Below, piece after piece: positions 1 through 11,809 of a stretch of 64,000 nt of DNA. The translations under genes and the position numbers were made by a program. This stretch comes from Craspedostauros australis (lineage: Eukaryota), in NCBI GenBank assembly GCA_030167865.1, contig JALAGF010000277.1, forward strand, positions 1 through 64,000. Reading direction: 5' to 3'. Under the pieces are notes generated by a model, which ran no database searches, had not been told where the DNA came from, and was given only the letters and a program-made list of their open reading frames with translations. Positions within the stretch are counted from its first letter, which is position 1, and every line of letters starts with the position of its first letter.

Positions 1-144
1 TTTGCGCTGATGAGGAAGGGCTCAGCAGCGAAGGGCGCCGCCTTGGTGGAGCACGCCCCATGGAAGATGGTCAGCGACATGCAAACATCAGACACGAAGA
101 GATCACAGTCGATATCTGATGGATCAGGAGATGAGGAAGCATGA
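1..144 (+). CDS. possible 3' end of a gene entering the window (unknown product)
   Basis: Frame +1 is open from base 1 (FALMRKGSAAKGAALVEHAPWKMVSDMQ...GDEEA) to TGA at 142-144, followed by AT-richer UTR-like sequence. No motif recognised. Confidence 0.35.
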   Translation, partial: FALMRKGSAAKGAALVEHAPWKMVSDMQTSDTKRSQSISDGSGDEEA

Positions 145-1546
145 GGGAACATGAGGAAGCACAGAGAAGAGTGGCTCTAAGGAAGTATCGATCTGCGCGG
201 CATTAGTTAGCAATTAGAAAATGAATGAGCATGGATTGTCGACTCATCGTTACCCATACGTAGGAACAGACTTGGCGCAATGCAATGCAATACAACATGA
301 TGTAATACAATACTCGTACGGATACTCTTCGAGTACGATACTGTTCTAGTAGACCTTTGCTCTTGCCTACCCATCCACTCCAACCTACGGATGTAATCTG
401 TGCCACGCATCAAGTGCATCCGAATGAAGCTGCGCGGTAATGATTGTTGATACTAGCCGTAGCACTGTTGCCGTCGGCATGCCGTCGTCATGCCATGTCA
501 TGATATCGTCCTCTTCCTCGTCGTCATCCCGGTCCACGCTCACGTTGCTTTGGAAGCGGTTAGCATCACTTGTGACCATCTCCAACCTCAAGAGGCTGAA
601 AGGTCGGGTGTAGGTACCAGTCAGTGACGGAGTTGGCAGCGTGCGAGTAGGAGAGTGTGCCAGTGGGGCAGCATACTCGTTGCACCGTTCTCCCAACCTA
701 TGCCGCAGCAACAGTTGGAGTACCAGCAGATACCGGAACGTCTGATGCTTCACGCTCTCAGGTCATTGACGGAACAGCTCGAGGAAACGATCGGCGAGAT
801 GGAGGAAGAATGGAGTATAGAGTATTGGCATGAAGACAAGACAGCGCAGTTCATGCTGTTGATACATGCTTGTTCATCGCTATTGCTCCTGCTATGGCTA
901 CTGTCGATGGAACATCTGCATTGGCGTTGGCGCCCGTAGCTGTCCACTGACACTGTAACTGTATCGTCTTCACAAGCCGACGTCTGCTGCCATGACCGTG
1001 CGGGATGCTCATGTTTGCTGCTAGTAGAAAGAGAGCGATCGCCAGTGAGGAATCAGCGACCACAACGCATCACTCCATTCTGCGACGGATCTGGTGGAGC
1101 TACATCTTTGATCGTCGTTTCTGGGCTGTGTTGTTGATGCGACTGTGGCTGGCTGCTGACGTTCCTGCTGTCAACTCCCGCTGCCCATGGTGCTCGTGGT
1201 GCCCATGGTGTTCTGTCCTGCGATGCGATGCCATGCGTCGTTCATCTTCCCATCCATTGTTGAGGGTTGTCGTGCGGCATTCGCCGTCTCCATGGTCACG
1301 CAGGAACGGCGGCAGTGTCAACGACCATGGCGGCAGCACAGGTGGCAACGCGAGCCATCATGTCTTCCCTCAACAAGGTTGGGGCTGAGAGGTTGCCACG
1401 ATGGGGAAGCAGCGCAATGGTGTATTCGTACTCGTACGAGGGGAGCGGCGAGGGAAGCACAGAGAGATGAGGAAAGTACGACCTGCACCGAACGGAGAAC
1501 GCAGTACGACCACTGCATTCTTCGTCGCCCGCATGTAGCAGCGCAA

Positions 1547-1564
1547 CTCTCTCTCTCTCTCTCT
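1547..1564. repeat. (CT)n microsatellite
   Basis: Perfect CT run seen directly. Confidence 0.9.
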
Positions 1565-1708
1565 AGCTCGATGAGAGATACCATACACTTTGCATTAGCA
1601 ATACGCCGTGATTGAACACATTGTAAGGTTCTCGTACGACAACGGAATATAGAGTAGAGTAGATTCGACCAGAGCACTGTGTAGAGCAGCGTGCAGAGTT
1701 TTATCGTT

Positions 1709-2803
1709 TCACTTGGCCGCATCCGCCAACAACTCATCAGGCGTCGCGCGTGACAGCAACCGAATCAGGCTTTCCCAGCCCTCCAGCTCTGCAGTGGCGT
1801 ATTCCTTCTCATCTCCAGTCAGCTTTCGCAGTGCAGAAATCCGCTGCACTCCCAATGCGACCAGCCCAGTCTTCCTTTGCAGGATGGAATCCACGCTCTT
1901 CTCCTGCTCCAGTATTTGCTGCAGTAGCGCCAAGGTCATCTCCCGGATTTCTGGCGAGTTCGTGGGTGATTCCTCCAGGAAGTAGTCCGCCGCAATGCCC
2001 ACCGGTCCTGCGAGCCTCTTTACTCGCTGAGCCGTGGCAGTGTCCGATGTGACGTACGCATGCAAAAAGAAGAGCGTGCGACGTTTCAGGTTATCCGTTG
2101 ATGTGGTCGGGTTCAGCCCATCCACGAAGAGCGCCACGGTCTGATCGAGACCGTCCATCACATTCTCTGCCAGCTCGTGGCTGCGAACGATGCTGCTCAT
2201 TGCCTGCATGTACTTTGCCTTCATGGCATGGCCCGACTTTTCCGAGAAGTACATGTCCGTGATCGATTTCAACGCGCCGAGTTCCAGGAGCTCCTTCTGC
2301 ACGGGCGGGTTGTTCTGGCACAACGTGGAAATCAGGCCAAGGCACATCCCTCGGATTGCTTCCGGGACGGCCTCGCGTTCCTGGATGCCACCCAGCAGGA
2401 ATGGAAGGCCTTTCATCGACATGAAGGCACGCGCGTAGTCGATCTGCTCGACGATGTCGCGCAGCTCCTGCAGCAGACCTTCCAGCTCTTCGTCGGAGAC
2501 GGGCGGCTCGTCTGCCTTTCCATCTTCCTTGCTCGTCGCGGCGCCATCCGCGTCGTCCTTTGATGAAGACGCTTGGCTTGTTGCCATCCGCTGGTAGTGA
2601 TCCATGCAATCCGTGAGCTGCTTTAGGATGGTCCTCATGCGGTCGTTCTCATTGATGATGCCCTCCTTCATGACCATCTCCAGGAAGGCCTTGTCCTCCT
2701 CGGACATGGGCGTCACGTTCGATGCGTCGCTGGTCCCATCAGAGTAGCTCAGAGACCACTTCAGCAGCCCCATCCATGCCCAAGGGTCCGGTCCGCCTGA
2801 CAT
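1709..2803 (-). CDS. HSPBP1: Hsp70 nucleotide exchange factor, HSPBP1/Fes1 family (ARM-like)
   Basis: 364-aa intronless ORF with N-terminal 'W.GLLKWSL' and 'MSEEDKAFLE' Fes1-type motifs, 'L.DIVEQIDYA', 'QNNPPVQ' and 'AMSSIVRSH'. Confidence 0.85.
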   Translation of the reverse strand: MSGGPDPWAWMGLLKWSLSYSDGTSDASNVTPMSEEDKAFLEMVMKEGIINENDRMRTILKQLTDCMDHYQRMATSQASSSKDDADGAATSKEDGKADEPPVSDEELEGLLQELRDIVEQIDYARAFMSMKGLPFLLGGIQEREAVPEAIRGMCLGLISTLCQNNPPVQKELLELGALKSITDMYFSEKSGHAMKAKYMQAMSSIVRSHELAENVMDGLDQTVALFVDGLNPTTSTDNLKRRTLFFLHAYVTSDTATAQRVKRLAGPVGIAADYFLEESPTNSPEIREMTLALLQQILEQEKSVDSILQRKTGLVALGVQRISALRKLTGDEKEYATAELEGWESLIRLLSRATPDELLADAAK

Positions 2804-3616
2804 GATTGTACTCTAAGAGGATTATGTTCCTGGGGGTGCTGGTAGTTCTTGTAATGGCTGCGATGAGAGTGATTGAGTGATTGAGTGATTGAGAAGTTGA
2901 GGAATTGACAATGTGATTGCCAAGGCTTGAGGTGGAATTGAATCGCAATTCTACGAGTATTCGTGGTTTGCGATTTGTGTTGCCAACGTTGCAGAGGGTG
3001 GAATCGGAGTGAGAGAGGAGAGATGAATGTGACGGAAGGTGGTGGAGGTCGTCGGGTGCTGTTGTGTTCTGTGCGTCAAACGTGGTGCCAATCCACGATG
3101 ATGTTGGACGACTTGCTTGGAGTCCGTGACCGTGGTGGTTGGTCTCGGAAGCAAACAAAGAAATCGATGGAACTTTTCCAAATAAGAAGATATGATTGGC
3201 TTAATAAGCACGAATCAACTACCCACCAATCAAAAGCACAAAGGACTGATGTGTTGGAGAACACGAGACGACTTCGCGCGCTCCGCGATCAGATCTGAGA
3301 GAGGAGCCACAGCACCTGCCCCACCTGCATGGATGTGTGCACACTGTCGGATGTTGGCAGTAACCATGTCCACACTCGTACTCATACCATCATCCGTATC
3401 CACCCAGAGAGATAAATAGAAGACCACCATATCGTTGTGTGTTATTATAAACGGCTGTGGATAATCGGAGAGGAGTACGAGCACGAACAAGTTGGACGAG
3501 GGTATACCGAGAGTTGGAAGAGAACCAATCATCCCATCTGAAAGAAGCAAGCTGCCCGCGCGCGAGCTACGAGAACTGCCCCATCCACACAGGCAGCCTG
3601 ACTTGTTCACCCCACG

Positions 3617-4969
3617 ATGAGCGATGAAGATCAATCACCTGCGGTTGCTCCGCACGACGATGACCGCACGAGCAATGATGCTGGTGATGCCAACGCCGAA
3701 GGTGGTGCTCAATCCAACAATGTGTCAGATCCCGTGCAGCTGCGCCAACTGATGAGCAGTGCGGTGAAGCTGAGTGACAGGCGGGGGCGCCACATCACAT
3801 TTGACGATCTGAAACATATGATACGTCTTGGATTGAAGGGGGATGAATTATTTTGCCACGTCGAACGCCACTCTGATTTCCGTCTTTCCCAGTCGCTGTT
3901 GGTTGTGTACCATCTGACGAGAAGCCTGCACTACGAGGACTGTATTCTTCGCCTTGCAAAACAGATCGGCATACGGGCGCCCGGGCTCGTCTCAAACAGA
4001 GATGATGTTGCACTGATCCCAGAAGTAATGCGACGAATCGTTGGACTCATCGATTGGATGCAGCTACCTCAAGACCAACGAATTATTCTCATGTACAACG
4101 CAACTGCGATCATCAGCCCCACGCTCGACGCAGTGGATGGACGTTTGAACCAGCTCATGATGTACAAATGCAGGAACATCGATTTGGAATCTTCGCGTTC
4201 CATGGGACGCAGCATTTTCTCTAACGTCAAGCTTTCAAGCTGCTCATTCCACGACGACGGCAAGGCGTATCTGGAGACCTTGCTGGCCTCCGGCAACGCG
4301 CACCTGCTCAACTCATTTTGCAGTGAAGACTCGAAAATCGGATCCATAGGATACTCCATCAGCCTATTCCAAGCGTCGGCCGATCCATCGTTTTATTCCG
4401 CCGAAAGTGGCCATCAGAATTCCAGCGTGGATGGCGAAAAGGAACGGAGCGACTGGTTCATCGAGAGCCTCGCCCAGTGCAAGAACCTCACCGACATCTC
4501 CTTGCAGGGATACGCGGAAGGTCCAGTTTGGAAGCACTGCCTGATCACGTTGCTGTTGCGAATGAAGAGCCTGCGTCGCCTTCGGTACAACTTGCACCCG
4601 GATGCCGGTTGCCTTATCAGAGCGTCGGGTACGAACAACGAGATTGTCGATGCCTTCAAGGCAAACAGGCAGATTGAGCACTTTGAGTTTGGTCGCAGGG
4701 CGGTGCCAGGCTTTGTTATGTACGTACTGCGACGCAACAAGATCCGGCCAAAGATGGAGCGCTTCATTGCCGATGTGGAGAGTGGATCCACGTCTCGCTC
4801 GGCGCTGTCGCATATTCTGTCGCACGATGGTTGGTTGGGGAAGCGCCCATCTCATCGCTTCGACTTCTTGCGCCAATACAACCAGCATGTCATCACGCCT
4901 CGGCAAATCGCGACGGCATCAGCGCTGCCGCCATCCAATGATGCAAGGAAGAGGAGACGGAAAGGATGA
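3617..4969 (+). CDS. hypothetical RNI-like/degenerate LRR protein with C-terminal basic NLS-like tail
   Basis: 450-aa ORF with LxxLxL-type repeats (CKNLTDISL, MKSLRRLRY, ANRQIEHF), 'LRRNK...FDFLRQ' near the C-terminus, and a terminal RKRRRKG. Confidence 0.6.
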   Translation: MSDEDQSPAVAPHDDDRTSNDAGDANAEGGAQSNNVSDPVQLRQLMSSAVKLSDRRGRHITFDDLKHMIRLGLKGDELFCHVERHSDFRLSQSLLVVYHLTRSLHYEDCILRLAKQIGIRAPGLVSNRDDVALIPEVMRRIVGLIDWMQLPQDQRIILMYNATAIISPTLDAVDGRLNQLMMYKCRNIDLESSRSMGRSIFSNVKLSSCSFHDDGKAYLETLLASGNAHLLNSFCSEDSKIGSIGYSISLFQASADPSFYSAESGHQNSSVDGEKERSDWFIESLAQCKNLTDISLQGYAEGPVWKHCLITLLLRMKSLRRLRYNLHPDAGCLIRASGTNNEIVDAFKANRQIEHFEFGRRAVPGFVMYVLRRNKIRPKMERFIADVESGSTSRSALSHILSHDGWLGKRPSHRFDFLRQYNQHVITPRQIATASALPPSNDARKRRRKG

Positions 4970-6496
4970 GATGAAGGCGCGGAGCATGACTATACATCGT
5001 CAACGCTGCGGCAGAGCGCGAACACGTGGAATGTTGGCCCGCAGTAGAGTGTGGGTATTGAACTGTTCAACAGCTCTACCTCTGATAACACGTGTCTCCT
5101 TCCACTTCGACCAGATCTGTGCCTCACCAGAACTCTGCTGCGTGCTTGCACTCATCCATACCGTCATGTGTGAGGATGGAAAAGAGGAGAAGCGAAACGA
5201 AACGGAACAATTTGAAATTATCTGCTCAACATACCAATACTCTCAAAGCTTCGAGTGGAACACAGGAGATCCATGCTGCGAATTGCAAGAATCAAGAGGA
5301 TGCAGGATGCAGGATGAGAGTCGCTGTTGATGTTGTTGTTGCTTTTCGTTTGTGCAGAACAAAGGGTGGAGAGGGTCAGAGACCACAAATCAGGCGTTGC
5401 AGGTACAGGTGCAGGTACAGGTACAGCCCAGCGTACGACCAAGCATCATGTGAAAGACGATGCAATTCTCCAATAACTACGAGTACTCTACAGCTACTCG
5501 CATTGCCCTGCTTGAAAGAGTCGCATCGCAGCTTCAGTGCATGCATAGCACGAGTAGAGAAACAACGGAACACGTCTCCTCACACGAGTACCGAGATCAA
5601 CGATCGACGCAGCTTCAGACAAGTACAAGCTCCGAGTACTTCTTGGCCGGCCATTGGTGGGAGAAATGACAACAATGCCATAACTCTTGGCCGTTGCATG
5701 GCACCAGTGGGTACGCGAAGTGTGTGGTGTGCATCGGGAAGTGCTCCGCGCAATTCCTCAATTGTCGCGCGATTTTACCTTCTGTTGTCGGTCAGAGGTC
5801 GCAGGCATGCGATGTGCTTTGCCTTTGCACTCGGTGTTCGCGACAACGTTCGCGCCAACAAGAGGAGGAAAGACGAAGATGCTCTTGAATCTTCTCTTCC
5901 TTCGAGTGGCGTTCATCGTTGGTCTTGATGGGCCATTATCTCATGTTGGGCAACTCTTTTTGTGAACTTTTATGGAGCCGGATACGTCTGCGGGAAGGGA
6001 AGGAAGGCACGTTCGAGGAAACGGTGATGTTTGGCCGGCGTTGTGGAGAACATCTTGGAAGCAATTTCACCTCAAACATGAAACGCCCACTCCTCTCGAG
6101 TCCCTTCTGTGAGCATCTTGGAACACCCTCGATGATAACACGGGGCGTTCGCCACGAAAGATCTCTTCTCCGATGGCTGGCCACTCTTTCTCGTTGCCTT
6201 GGTGAATGAGAAGCCTTCGGAGTGGATCACCTTTGTTCCAAAACCAATGCGGAACGTGAGAGCGTGCCACGAGTACGAACTGGGTAGGCGAATTACCTTT
6301 CGAACATCACCGCAACCATTACCGTGCTCGCACCAAGACCACTCTCAGCAACGCCAGTAGTACCAACAGTAGGCGCACTCTTGCTTGCCATCGCAAGCAC
6401 AACCAACCTCCATCTTCAGCTCATAAAATCAAAAGCAATCTCACTGCAAACGCAAAAGCACAATCAACCAACAAATCAACCAAAACCTATCACACC

Positions 6497-7600
6497 ATGT
6501 CCAAGATCTTCGAACCAATCAACACGGGTGCCAACACCTTCGCCAACCGCATCTGGATGGCACCCCTGACACGTTGCCGTGCCGACATCAAGACCTTCGT
6601 CCCAACGGACATCATGAAGGAGTACTACACCCAGCGTGCGTCGGCCGGTCTCATCATCACGGAGTTCACCACCGTGACGGAGAATGCCATCACCTTCAAT
6701 TCCGAGGCTGGCATCTACAACGACGCCCAGGCCGCCGGCTGGAAGAAGGTCGTCGACTCTGTCCATGAGGCCGGCGGCAAGATCTTCTGCCAGATCGCCC
6801 ACGGCGGCAGAGCTGCTCATGCCAACAACAACGGCGGAAAGGCACCAGTGGCACCAAGCGCCATGGCACTGACTGAGCATCAATGCGCCGCAGAGTTCAA
6901 CGCGAGTGGCGAGAAGATTCCGTACAGTAAGCCCGTCGCTCTGACAGACGAAGAGGCCCAGGCCATCGTCAAGGACTTCGCCGCGGCGGCCAAGAGAGCC
7001 GTCCACGATGCCGGCTTCGACGGTGTCGAGGTGCACGGCGCCAACGGATATCTCATCGATGAATTCTTGTGCGCCGCCAGCAACAAGCGCGAGACGGGAC
7101 GCTACGCGGGTACCTCCATGGAGACACGATCCCAGTTCATGCGGGATGTGCTGGAGGCCGTCATCAAGGAGGTCGGGGCCGGCAAGGTCGGAATCCGCAT
7201 CTCTCCTCTCAACTCCTACAATGAGATGACGCGAATCAACGAGGAGAAGGCACAGGAGGAGGTCCGTTTCGTCAGCAACATGTTGAACGAGCTTGGCGTC
7301 GCTTACCTTCACGTCATGCGCGCTGACTTCTTCTCCGTCCAGACCGGTGACGTGATCACTCCCGCACGCGAGACCTTCAAGGGCACGCTGTTGGTCAACA
7401 TGGGATACGATGACAAGGAGGCCGAGGAGGGCATCGCAGCAGGAAAGTTCGACGCCGTCGCGTTCGGTACCAAGTTCCTGGCCAACCCAGATCTGCCAGC
7501 ACGTTTCAAGACCGGTGCTGAGCTCACCCAGCCCGACCCAAACACCTTCTACACCAAGGACACGAAGGGTTTCATCGACTATCCGACCATGGCCAACTAA
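6497..7600 (+). CDS. Old yellow enzyme / NADH:flavin oxidoreductase (NemA/OPR-like)
   Basis: 367 aa with 'MAPLTRCRA', 'YYTQRASAGLIITE', 'AGFDGVEVHGANGYLIDEF', 'GIRISP', 'FLANPDLP.RF' and 'TFY...GFIDYP'. Strong C/G-ending codon bias. Confidence 0.95.
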   Translation: MSKIFEPINTGANTFANRIWMAPLTRCRADIKTFVPTDIMKEYYTQRASAGLIITEFTTVTENAITFNSEAGIYNDAQAAGWKKVVDSVHEAGGKIFCQIAHGGRAAHANNNGGKAPVAPSAMALTEHQCAAEFNASGEKIPYSKPVALTDEEAQAIVKDFAAAAKRAVHDAGFDGVEVHGANGYLIDEFLCAASNKRETGRYAGTSMETRSQFMRDVLEAVIKEVGAGKVGIRISPLNSYNEMTRINEEKAQEEVRFVSNMLNELGVAYLHVMRADFFSVQTGDVITPARETFKGTLLVNMGYDDKEAEEGIAAGKFDAVAFGTKFLANPDLPARFKTGAELTQPDPNTFYTKDTKGFIDYPTMAN

Positions 7601-7943
7601 AGCGGAGCATGTGCAAACCGAAGGTCAAGAAAATCAAATCCGGAACTCTCCATGTTCTCACACCTACATACAAATAGTCATCTAGAGTATACCACGGTAG
7701 CATACTATCACGACACGTACAAGTAGAATGTGCGATTACAATGTGATGCTGAACGAGTACAGAGACCGCTCTTGGGTGCGTATGGTACCATAGTACTCAT
7801 TGATGTATTCGTCCTTTGCTGGAATGCTTCACGGGATCAAATCCAACATGGGCCATGCGCTATTGCATCCGTACTCCCTCTCGTTTTGCTGTTGAACATA
7901 TCCACCCGCATTGCTTCTCCATCCCCTCTCACTTGGTCGCTCT

Positions 7944-9203
7944 TCATTTCCCCCACTGCCTCAATATTTCGTACAACACCACGGGCGCGCATGCGGCGAC
8001 ATTAAGACTGTTCTTGACGCCGAACGTCGGCAGCTCCAGTATGGCATCCATATCCGCCATGAGCTTCGTATCCACCCCCGTCACTTCGTTACCCAGAATC
8101 AACGCCACACTGTCCGGATACTGCCACTGCGTGTACGATTGGCTCTTGTCGGTGGTTTCCAACGCGTATACGCCGAACTGCGCATACTCCTTGCGCACAA
8201 ACTCCACCGCCTCGCGCGTTGTGGCGAAATGGAGATTCGGCACAACGCGATCGGCACCCAACGCCGATTTGGCGACCTTGTCCGATCCCGAACCGGTCGG
8301 ATGCGGCGTGATGCCCGTCGTGATTATGAGCTGGCAGCCGCAGGCATCGGCCGTGCGGAAGATGGATCCGACGTTGAAGGCGCTGCGCAGATTGTCCAGG
8401 ATCAGGATGATGGGAAACGACTGTCGTGCGGCGGTTGCATCGTCGTCGTTATCTGCATCTGTAGACGACTGCGCGATCACGACCGCCCCATCCTGATCGT
8501 GATGGCGCACCCACGCTGTCTGATGGCTCTCATTTCGTTTGATGAGGAATTCAATCTGCCGCGCACATCTGTCGGCGGCGGCCTTCAATCTCACGGAATC
8601 ATCGTAGGTTTCCTGCTTGGGGTAAATGAAGGCCCTGTACGTTCGGATGGCGGACCTGCCGAACGCAGGATCGTAACCACCGGTCGGATCCTCGATGGAT
8701 GCGATGGCTGCGCGATGCACATCGTCGCCCGCAATGCCCAGAACATGCAGCGCCTGCCGCAGCAGTTGTGGGCGATGCATCTGCAGCGTCTGTTGAGAAG
8801 ACGCTGCCGTTGTCGTTGGTGACTCGGTTGCTTTCGTGTGTTCGCTGATGACATCATCTTTGCTCGGATCGCCGATCTCGCTGGTGCTTGTCATGTGCCG
8901 ATGAAAAGGCATCCTGGTGTTCTGGCTTGTGGCTGAGAGTCGGTCGCGTCTCCTTCCCTCATGTTGGCGATGTACCAGTACGCGCATGGGCTTGTTGATC
9001 ACTGACCCCGTATGCCTCCTTCTTGGACCGTGGATGTGTGGAGGCTGGAACGCAACTTTCCATGCATGCTGTCTTGATGCTCCTGTCGTCGGTGCTGCAG
9101 ATACTACAGCTATTGTTACCAACGATGGCAGAAACGGCGACCGCAGAGAGCTGCAAATGAATGACATGTGCAAAATGTGAGACAGATGCAGAGCGTATCT
9201 CAT
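7944..9203 (-). CDS. SpoU/TrmH-family tRNA/rRNA 2'-O-methyltransferase, probably organelle-targeted
   Basis: SPOUT motifs 'LDNLRSAFNVGSIFRTADA', 'LILGNEVTGV' and 'LPTFGVKNSLNVA'. Start uncertain: ATG 9203 or 9167, and the ORF is open to 9533. Long N-terminal extension with a hydrophobic stretch and 'VAFQPP'. Confidence 0.88.
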   Translation of the reverse strand: MRYALHLSHILHMSFICSSLRSPFLPSLVTIAVVSAAPTTGASRQHAWKVAFQPPHIHGPRRRHTGSVINKPMRVLVHRQHEGRRRDRLSATSQNTRMPFHRHMTSTSEIGDPSKDDVISEHTKATESPTTTAASSQQTLQMHRPQLLRQALHVLGIAGDDVHRAAIASIEDPTGGYDPAFGRSAIRTYRAFIYPKQETYDDSVRLKAAADRCARQIEFLIKRNESHQTAWVRHHDQDGAVVIAQSSTDADNDDDATAARQSFPIILILDNLRSAFNVGSIFRTADACGCQLIITTGITPHPTGSGSDKVAKSALGADRVVPNLHFATTREAVEFVRKEYAQFGVYALETTDKSQSYTQWQYPDSVALILGNEVTGVDTKLMADMDAILELPTFGVKNSLNVAACAPVVLYEILRQWGK

Positions 9204-9923
9204 GGTGTGTTGTACTGATAGGTCAAGTAGCTCGTATGCGTACTGGTATGCAGGTGCGAAGATAGTGGTGGCTGTATCAATGGCTTTGGTAGATGTCGTC
9301 AATGTTGGAGATGTACGGCTACTCGTCCGATCCAGAGACTGGGGGCCTCTCTCAACTGTGTTCGTTTGGGCACAAGTCGCACAAACATGATCGGAAAGGG
9401 CACGAAAGTTCGCGGAGGTGGTGGTTCTTGATGGGTGGCGCACAATTTTGTTGGAGGCCAGACTGTAGGCGTGAGGCACAATACAAGCTGATTCACAACA
9501 CGCAGCGGACACGACAGTGGCGCAAGGTCTCAATGCAGGCGCCTTGGGGATGCTCTATGGTAGAGAGAGGAAGCGTTCATTTCATTGTTGATAGCTCTCT
9601 GCGATTACAATATTTCCTTGATGTACTGTTGAGTAATGGCGATTAGTGGCGCATAGCAGTCAAGTACTCTTGTGTATTGTGTGCGCAATGTCCCCGGCGT
9701 TTGTGGCAGGCAACTGCGAACGTTGCTTCCGTCTCCATCTACTATATCATGATCGTCACAACAGGCATGTGCCAAGCAACGAGGTCCTCCTGTGATCATG
9801 TCGAAGCTGTTCCCCCAGTCTTCCGACATGTGACAGCGACGCCTCAAACCCTCCATCTCCGCCACACCACGGAGCAAACACCCATAGCACAGTATACCCT
9901 AGCATAGCATGGCGTCGTGTTCA

Positions 9924-10682
9924 TCACAAACCTTCCCGCTCCTTGAATTCTTTGTAATCGTTGTCCAGCACGATGTCCCGAAAGTTGACCATGGTCGTGC
10001 GGATCATCTTCTCCTCGACGACCGACGCTATGCGCTTGGACCGGCGAAAGAGCGCGGAGACGGCGCGCGGCGCCACGAAGGTCATCTGCATGGTCATTTC
10101 GGTTTGATCGTTGTCGCGCTCGCGAAAACGCACCACGCCGTAATTCTTGAGGCCGCTTATCGATTCCCATTTGATGACGCTGGGACGTTGCGCGCAATCT
10201 GAGACGGAGATCCAGGAGTAGGAGAGTCCCATGAACTTCATCGTCCATTTGGTGTGGCCTGGCTGATCTGGAACGAGTTCGACGCTGCGCAACCACGTCG
10301 ACCACGTGGGCTGTCTGGACAGATCGGAGAAAGCATCGTATGCCACCTCACGTGGGAATGGCAGGTGGATGGATTGGGCGACCTCGATGTTGCGTCTGTT
10401 TGGTTTGCTGTCTTCCGCGTTGTCGTCGGTTTCGGCAGGTTCTGTGGCCGCAGCCGCATCTGCATTCACCACGCTCGTTGACGACCCTGTTTCTTTGGAA
10501 TCGCTGGTGCTGGACAACAGCAACGTACTCGTTCTTGTACTCGTACTCATTCTCAACGTTGGCAATGGCAACGGCAACGCAACCGAATTTGTTCGACCAT
10601 GATGATGTCCTCGCCCTTGCGTGGTCCAAGCCTTGGCAAGGACGCAAGCCTGCAGAAGGCAGATCAAACTGATCGACCTCAT
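9924..10682 (-). CDS. SRPBCC/polyketide cyclase-dehydrase (START-like) protein with bipartite plastid-type presequence
   Basis: 'VAYDAFSDLSRQPTWSTWLRSV...TKW...YSW...IKWESISGLKNYG.V.F' fits the SRPBCC fold. Likely start ATG 10682 gives MRSISLICLLQACVLAKA-WTT (signal peptide, AW cleavage) followed by a Ser/Thr-rich transit-like region. Confidence 0.8.
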   Translation of the reverse strand: MRSISLICLLQACVLAKAWTTQGRGHHHGRTNSVALPLPLPTLRMSTSTRTSTLLLSSTSDSKETGSSTSVVNADAAAATEPAETDDNAEDSKPNRRNIEVAQSIHLPFPREVAYDAFSDLSRQPTWSTWLRSVELVPDQPGHTKWTMKFMGLSYSWISVSDCAQRPSVIKWESISGLKNYGVVRFRERDNDQTEMTMQMTFVAPRAVSALFRRSKRIASVVEEKMIRTTMVNFRDIVLDNDYKEFKEREGL

Positions 10683-11809
10683 GTTCTCTTCGTCTTCTGC
10701 TTGGATGTGCTTCTTGACAGTGCTGTATGTACGAGCTATGTGTCTGTGCAGGCTCAATGGAATTGGCGTTGCTGTTCTATTGTATTGCAATTGTATTCTT
10801 TACGTTCTATGCGTTCGTCCCTCCTTGTTGTTAGTCTCTTGTTGCAGTATCGTCGTCGTCGTCGTCGTCGTCGAATGATGGCTTGGTGACTGGTTGCATT
10901 CGAGAAAGCAGGCATCGCGACCGTCACGACCATCATTGCAAGACATCACAGACATCACTTGCGACGTGGTCAACCGTTGTCAATCTCGTGATGATCGTCG
11001 CAGTAGTCATCTCTTTTTCGTCATCATCATGGACAGACACGAAAACAGGAAAGCGTTTTCCACATGTCTTGTCAAAACACAAATGATAGAAATTCACCTT
11101 CGCAACGGAGAAAATGTATCTTTACGGAGACCTATCTAATGCTCAACACGACGGAAGAACATCGCCGAACCCAACAGAAGGAAACGAAAAGAAACAATGA
11201 GATGGAAAAAACAATCGAATCGAATGATTCGAATGAAGTTGATCCAATGCCAGCCAATGAAAACGTGGTATTCGAAAGGAACCTTCTTCCGTTCTTCACC
11301 ACGACAAGAAGCCAACGCACTCACAAAAATCGATGACGGGGCACTTTTGGCGCCGTCAGTGCGTGCAGTGGCACCGCGTGTCAGTACAAAGGACGAACGA
11401 CACGCAACAACGACCAAGTCCAAACACAGCACACAACGCAGAACCAACGCAGAGAGAGTTGAAGGCGTCTTGGCCACCAGCCAACCAAACACAAGGAGGA
11501 GAAAACAAACCTCGGACGACGCACGAAGGTTCCGTTTGTGACACAGCCACGCATGTGAAGAGATCACTCTTTCTCCCATCACACCTCATCCATCCATCCA
11601 TCCATCATCAACTCAAACAAGAGAGAGAGAGACAGAGACAGAGAGAGTCAACAAGAAAGGATCGAACTCATCACTGGATGTCATAAAACGAGCACTTCGC
11701 CACATCGACAGACTCCATCCACACGAAACGACGTTGAAGCAACTGCTCTCCCCAACTACACTCTCACTTGTACAATAGGTTGAACTTGAACAAACCGAGC
11801 TATCCAACC

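Noticed and set aside
385..1615. Short ORFs near the window start, e.g. 655-939 (+) with an acidic helix and a hydrophobic tail
   Set aside because: Protein-like but with no recognisable family or consistent splice structure; cannot be supported without transcripts.
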